Assembly: GCA_038087875.1 (NCBI GenBank) | Contig: CM075984.1 | Coordinates: 27,962,001-28,026,000, forward strand | Reading direction: 5' to 3' | DNA: 64,000 nt | Source of the DNA: Malacoraja senta | Taxonomy: Eukaryota | In this document: positions 60,051-64,000 of the stretch, piece after piece | How the letters are laid out: each line of letters opens with the position of its first letter | Position numbering within the stretch: the first letter of the stretch is position 1 | Notes under the pieces: model-generated | Told to the model about the DNA's origin: nothing | Database searches by the model: none | The model's input: only the letters and a program-made list of their open reading frames with translations | Program-made: the position numbers and the translations under genes

Positions 60051-62049
60051 ACCTTCTTTTTCTCCATAACTTTATTTTCACGGCTTTAGTAATCTGTGAG
60101 AGACCATTTCACAAGATCTTCATAATACATCATTCCCTGCTGCACTTTGGGCATTCTGGTCAACAAGCTTATTAAGAAAGCCCTAGAGATTTGGAGCTCA
60201 AATACCTTGCTTATTATAATACTCCCCCTGCCCTGCAACTGCAGTTGTGACAGCTCTGTGCAGTCAAGCACAGACTGGGACCTCTTCTGAGTAATTCTCC
60301 CTTCAGTCCTAATCTCATTTTGCCTAGTAAAGCAAATTGATTTTGATCGCTTCACATAAACAGAAATATCCTGATAAATCTTAAACTCAGATTGTTTTTA
60401 AATGTAATAGAGATGTGTGAAAGGCCAAGATATAATATGCAACAGAAGACTGAGAGTATTTTAAGGTCTATTAGTACAATGGAATTGAAAAGGTCAATAT
60501 ATTTGTTGAAGAATGTGAGAGAGCCCAGCTAATTAATCTTGCAGTTGGAGCTAGTTTTGCCTTGTACGGGTTTATCATAGTTTGCAGTGACCTTTCCTCC
60601 ACAGAACACCCTAATCCAACCCCAGCTGACACATAACCCCAACTGCGTGCTCAAACTATTTCTGGATCAGTTCATTTGAAATCTTGCATTCTGTGAAATG
60701 CTTTAAGTATAATGAAAATTGAAGATAATATAAGATTAATGTACAGGTAAGGGCAGACTTGAACCAGAGCTAATCTTTGCCTTGGTCTGCAAAAGGTGAA
60801 ATCTCAATTGTAGCTCGAGTTCAGAATTGCTGCTGTTAGCTTGTTGCAGTAATGGGTAATATTATTAATATTGAGTTACATAAAACCTACAACATTAAAT
60901 CAAGCCATTTGGCCCCACTGGTCTTCATTTGTGTTTGCCCACAATACGAGTTCAAATCAAGAGGGTCACCAATAAACCCCAAAAGAATCTGGGAGAAACA
61001 AGTAACGTTAATGGTGAAAATGTAGGATCCTAGCCACCTTGATTAATCAATGTGAATTTTCTGCATAACCTATGATTCCCATCTATACATCCAAGATTTG
61101 AGCATATTGAACATTATGGGAAATTTACAGAGGCTACTTAACTAAATTTGGATGTGGGAGTAAACCAGAGGAAACCCATGTGTCATAGAGTCCCCGCAGG
61201 CAGAATTTAATCCGTGCACTGAAGCTGTGAGGCCACAACACTACGTGTTGCACCACCATGCCACCATCACTAAAATTACCACTTGAACCCATTTGTGCCG
61301 ATTGTTATCTCGGCCATTTCCTTACCGAAAAATTATTGGTTTACTTTTAGCTCTGTTCCATAATCAAACTCTTTCAACAGCTCCTGGAATTGTTCAGAAC
61401 TGGATACCGTTCTTGTGTGTGCCAGACTTTGCCACCTTACATGTACTGCAGGAGGTTGTGTGAATGCAAGATTATTGCTGTTGGTTTTCAACAGCTTCCT
61501 ATGTGGCATAGAACTAGCTGTAGGAATGTAGTTCCTACCTTCTTCACCTGATACTAACCACGATGGGCTCCTTGAATGGCAAGTGAAAGCAGCAGTGTCA
61601 GCCTCGTCATTGTACGAGTAGCTTCAAACCAATAGTTATGAGAACATTCAGAAAGATTAAAAATGAATTGAGGGGCTGGGACAGTAAGTGCATAGGCCTT
61701 TGAAGTAAAAATAAATTGAAAAGGCTATTAGGCAGGATTTGCGATCCTTAACTTTATAAAGAGCACAAATGCAAAGAACCCACTCTATATCTCGAGATTC
61801 ATGTCCTGCATTGGGGACTCATATTTTAGGAAGTTTCGAAAGGTGTTGGAGATGGTACAGAGAAAATTTACTGGATTGATACCAGGAGTGAAGATATCAG
61901 TATAACGAGTGAGCGGCTGAGAGCAGGTTAGTAGAGCTGTTGAAAACCATGAAAGAATAATGAACTTAGATCACACAGAGATTGAACGTAAATAGAAAAG
62001 AACTAGTTTAAAGAGATTTTTTTCTTCCTATATTTTATGATCTGGAATA

Positions 62050-62445
62050 AACTCGAGGGGATCTATCGCAGTCGCTGCCTCAAAAAGGCTGCCAACATCA
62101 TCAAGGACCCACACCATCCTGGCCACATACTCATCTCTCTGCTGCCATCAGGTAGAAGGTACAGGAGCCTGAAATCTGCAACATCCAGGTTCAGGAACAG
62201 CTTCTTCCCCACAGCCATCAGACTATTAAACACAACTTCAATCAAACTCTGAACTATAACAGCCTATTGCACTTTATCTGTTTATTTATGTGTATATATA
62301 TATATATGGTCTACGGTATATAGACACACTGATCTGTTCTGTATTTATGCCTACAATATTCTGTTGTGCTGCAGCAAGCAAGAATTTCATTGTCCTATCT
62401 GGGACACATGACAAAACCTCTCTTGACTCTTGACTTCTTGACTCC
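62050..62445 (+). mobile_element. Young Rex1-like LINE 3' end
   Basis: IYRSRCLKKAANIIKDPHHPGHILISLLPSGRRYRSLKSATSRFRNSFFPTAIRLLN*; (tcttgac)n tail. Confidence 0.9.
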
Positions 62446-62789
62446 ATGGAATGGTGATAGAAACAAATTCATCATTAACTTCCAATGCAGATGTGGATAA
62501 ATTTGCCGTTGAAAGAATAATGTTTTCAGCGAAATGAGGACAGAATAAGTGAGAATAGTTGGTGTGTCACTGAGTTATACAGGTAGACAGAATAGAAACA
62601 GGCTTTTTGGCCCAACTTGTTCATGTCAACCACGTTGGCATTCTGGCCTATTCCAATTCACCTCCATTTGGCACAGATCCTTCGAAATCCTTCCTAGCTT
62701 TCAATGAGCTTTCATAAAAACGTGGTACAGAGACATTTGACTAAAGCAACTTTTATAAGCTACAGCCTTCCATGACTATGCAATTTTAG

Positions 62790-63435
62790 TCGCATCGCCT
62801 GGTCGCATTTTCGCCTGCCTCGCAGCCTAACAATTTGGATTGATGCGGCCTTTCTTGGAGACGGCCCAGAGCTTCAACAACAGGCGCGGACTTCCATCGC
62901 GAAGCCAGAAGAAAGGCTCTGACCGCCGGCCTGCTGACTTTAACAGCACGAAGCCATGGTCTGCAGAGCTTCTAGCCGCGGGCGTGGCATGGACTTACCA
63001 TCCTGGAGCCAGGGATCCCTTGCCAGGGATCACCAGAGAAGAGCTCCGACCGCCGGCCGGCGGCCTATAACATCGAGAAGGTCTCCGGTAAGAAAATGGC
63101 CGATTCGGGCAGTCCAAGCCCGAATCGGCCATCCATCCAGTGTGTTCCATCCATCCCAACGTCGGAACTTCGATCATCCCGACGAGAGGGCCTGTACATC
63201 GGGCCGGCCGGCGTGGCGGCTACGGAGAATCAAGGCCCTAAACATGGGTGAACAAAAGGAGGAAGACTGACTGAACTTTATTGCCTTCCATCACAGTGAT
63301 CACTGTGGTGGATGTTTATCTTAATTTTTATCATTCTTTTAATTGTGTTGTGTTCTTTTAATTGTATGTCTGCATGGTAACTCAAATATCACTGTACCTT
63401 AATTGGTGCATGTGACAATAAATGTGAATTAGAAT
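62790..63435 (+). mobile_element. Non-autonomous CpG-rich retroposon (same family)
   Basis: GC-rich middle; gccttccatcacagtga..gtggtggatgtttat..cactgtaccttaattggtgcatgtgacaataaa 3' end. Confidence 0.75.
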
Positions 63436-64000
63436 TTAATGTTTTTTTATTTGGATGTGGTTATTCTCCATGTTCACCTTATTGAACATCAATAGTCTTA
63501 GCTCCTAATGTGCGAAGTAAAGAAAATCAGCTGGCCCACCTACTGTCTGTAGACCTCCAAATGCTTAAATTGGAAAGGGGGTCAGAACTGCATATACTAC
63601 TCCACATGTGGCCCAACCAAATTGTGTGTGCATTTAACATTAGTTCCATGTTTTTAATTCTATTCATATATGTATACTAGTACCAAGTTTGCAATCTTCA
63701 TAGTTTATTTACTGGTCCTATATCCTGTAATTAACACATCCACAGCAATATGTTATATTGTATTTAACACTCTGCCTAAGCTTGGTAACAGCTCTATCTT
63801 GTGTGCTATGAATTTAAAATATTTGCATTTGTGTGCTTCCAGTTCTTTTGGATACATTCCTTATCTCTGTGTACCATAGAAATAATAAACAAATCTTAAA
63901 AAGAGAAACTAATTGCAGAAAATCTGACTGAAAACTTGAAAAACAAAATACTTTGATTGATTTTTGAAAGGGAATGGTGGCTCTGTTTTTTTAGGTAAAC

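Overview
Eukaryotic, repeat-dense vertebrate genomic DNA, most likely from a cartilaginous fish (skate/ray-like), judged from abundant HE1/V-SINE-type tRNA SINEs, CR1 (HER1-like) and Rex1/Babar LINE fragments and Penelope remnants. No prokaryotic genes, CRISPR arrays, rRNA or intact tRNA genes were seen, and most short ORFs in the track are spurious. Large elements: (1) a full-length, nearly intact L1 (1274-7834) with an 11-bp TSD, one premature stop in ORF2 and an apparent 3' transduction; (2) a structurally complete but catalytically dead DIRS1-type tyrosine-recombinase retrotransposon (53501-58288); (3) a non-autonomous Helitron carrying two minisatellites (30019-31943); (4) PIF/Harbinger-type and hAT MITEs; (5) a decayed Rex1 with nested insertions; (6) Penelope fragments with minimal hammerhead ribozyme motifs. 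Between the repeats, minus-strand exon relics (about 46471 down to 11690) read collinearly like the N-terminal/linker half of a DNHD1-like dynein heavy chain, full of stops and frameshifts; this rests on my recollection of the DNHD1 sequence and needs a search to confirm. A TDP2-type UBA-like first exon (22539-22685, + strand) is nested antisense to it. Two short inverted copies of DNA lying about 1 kb downstream are inserted at 9209-9315 and 59062-59094. There are two assembly gaps. Boundaries of decayed repeats are approximate.
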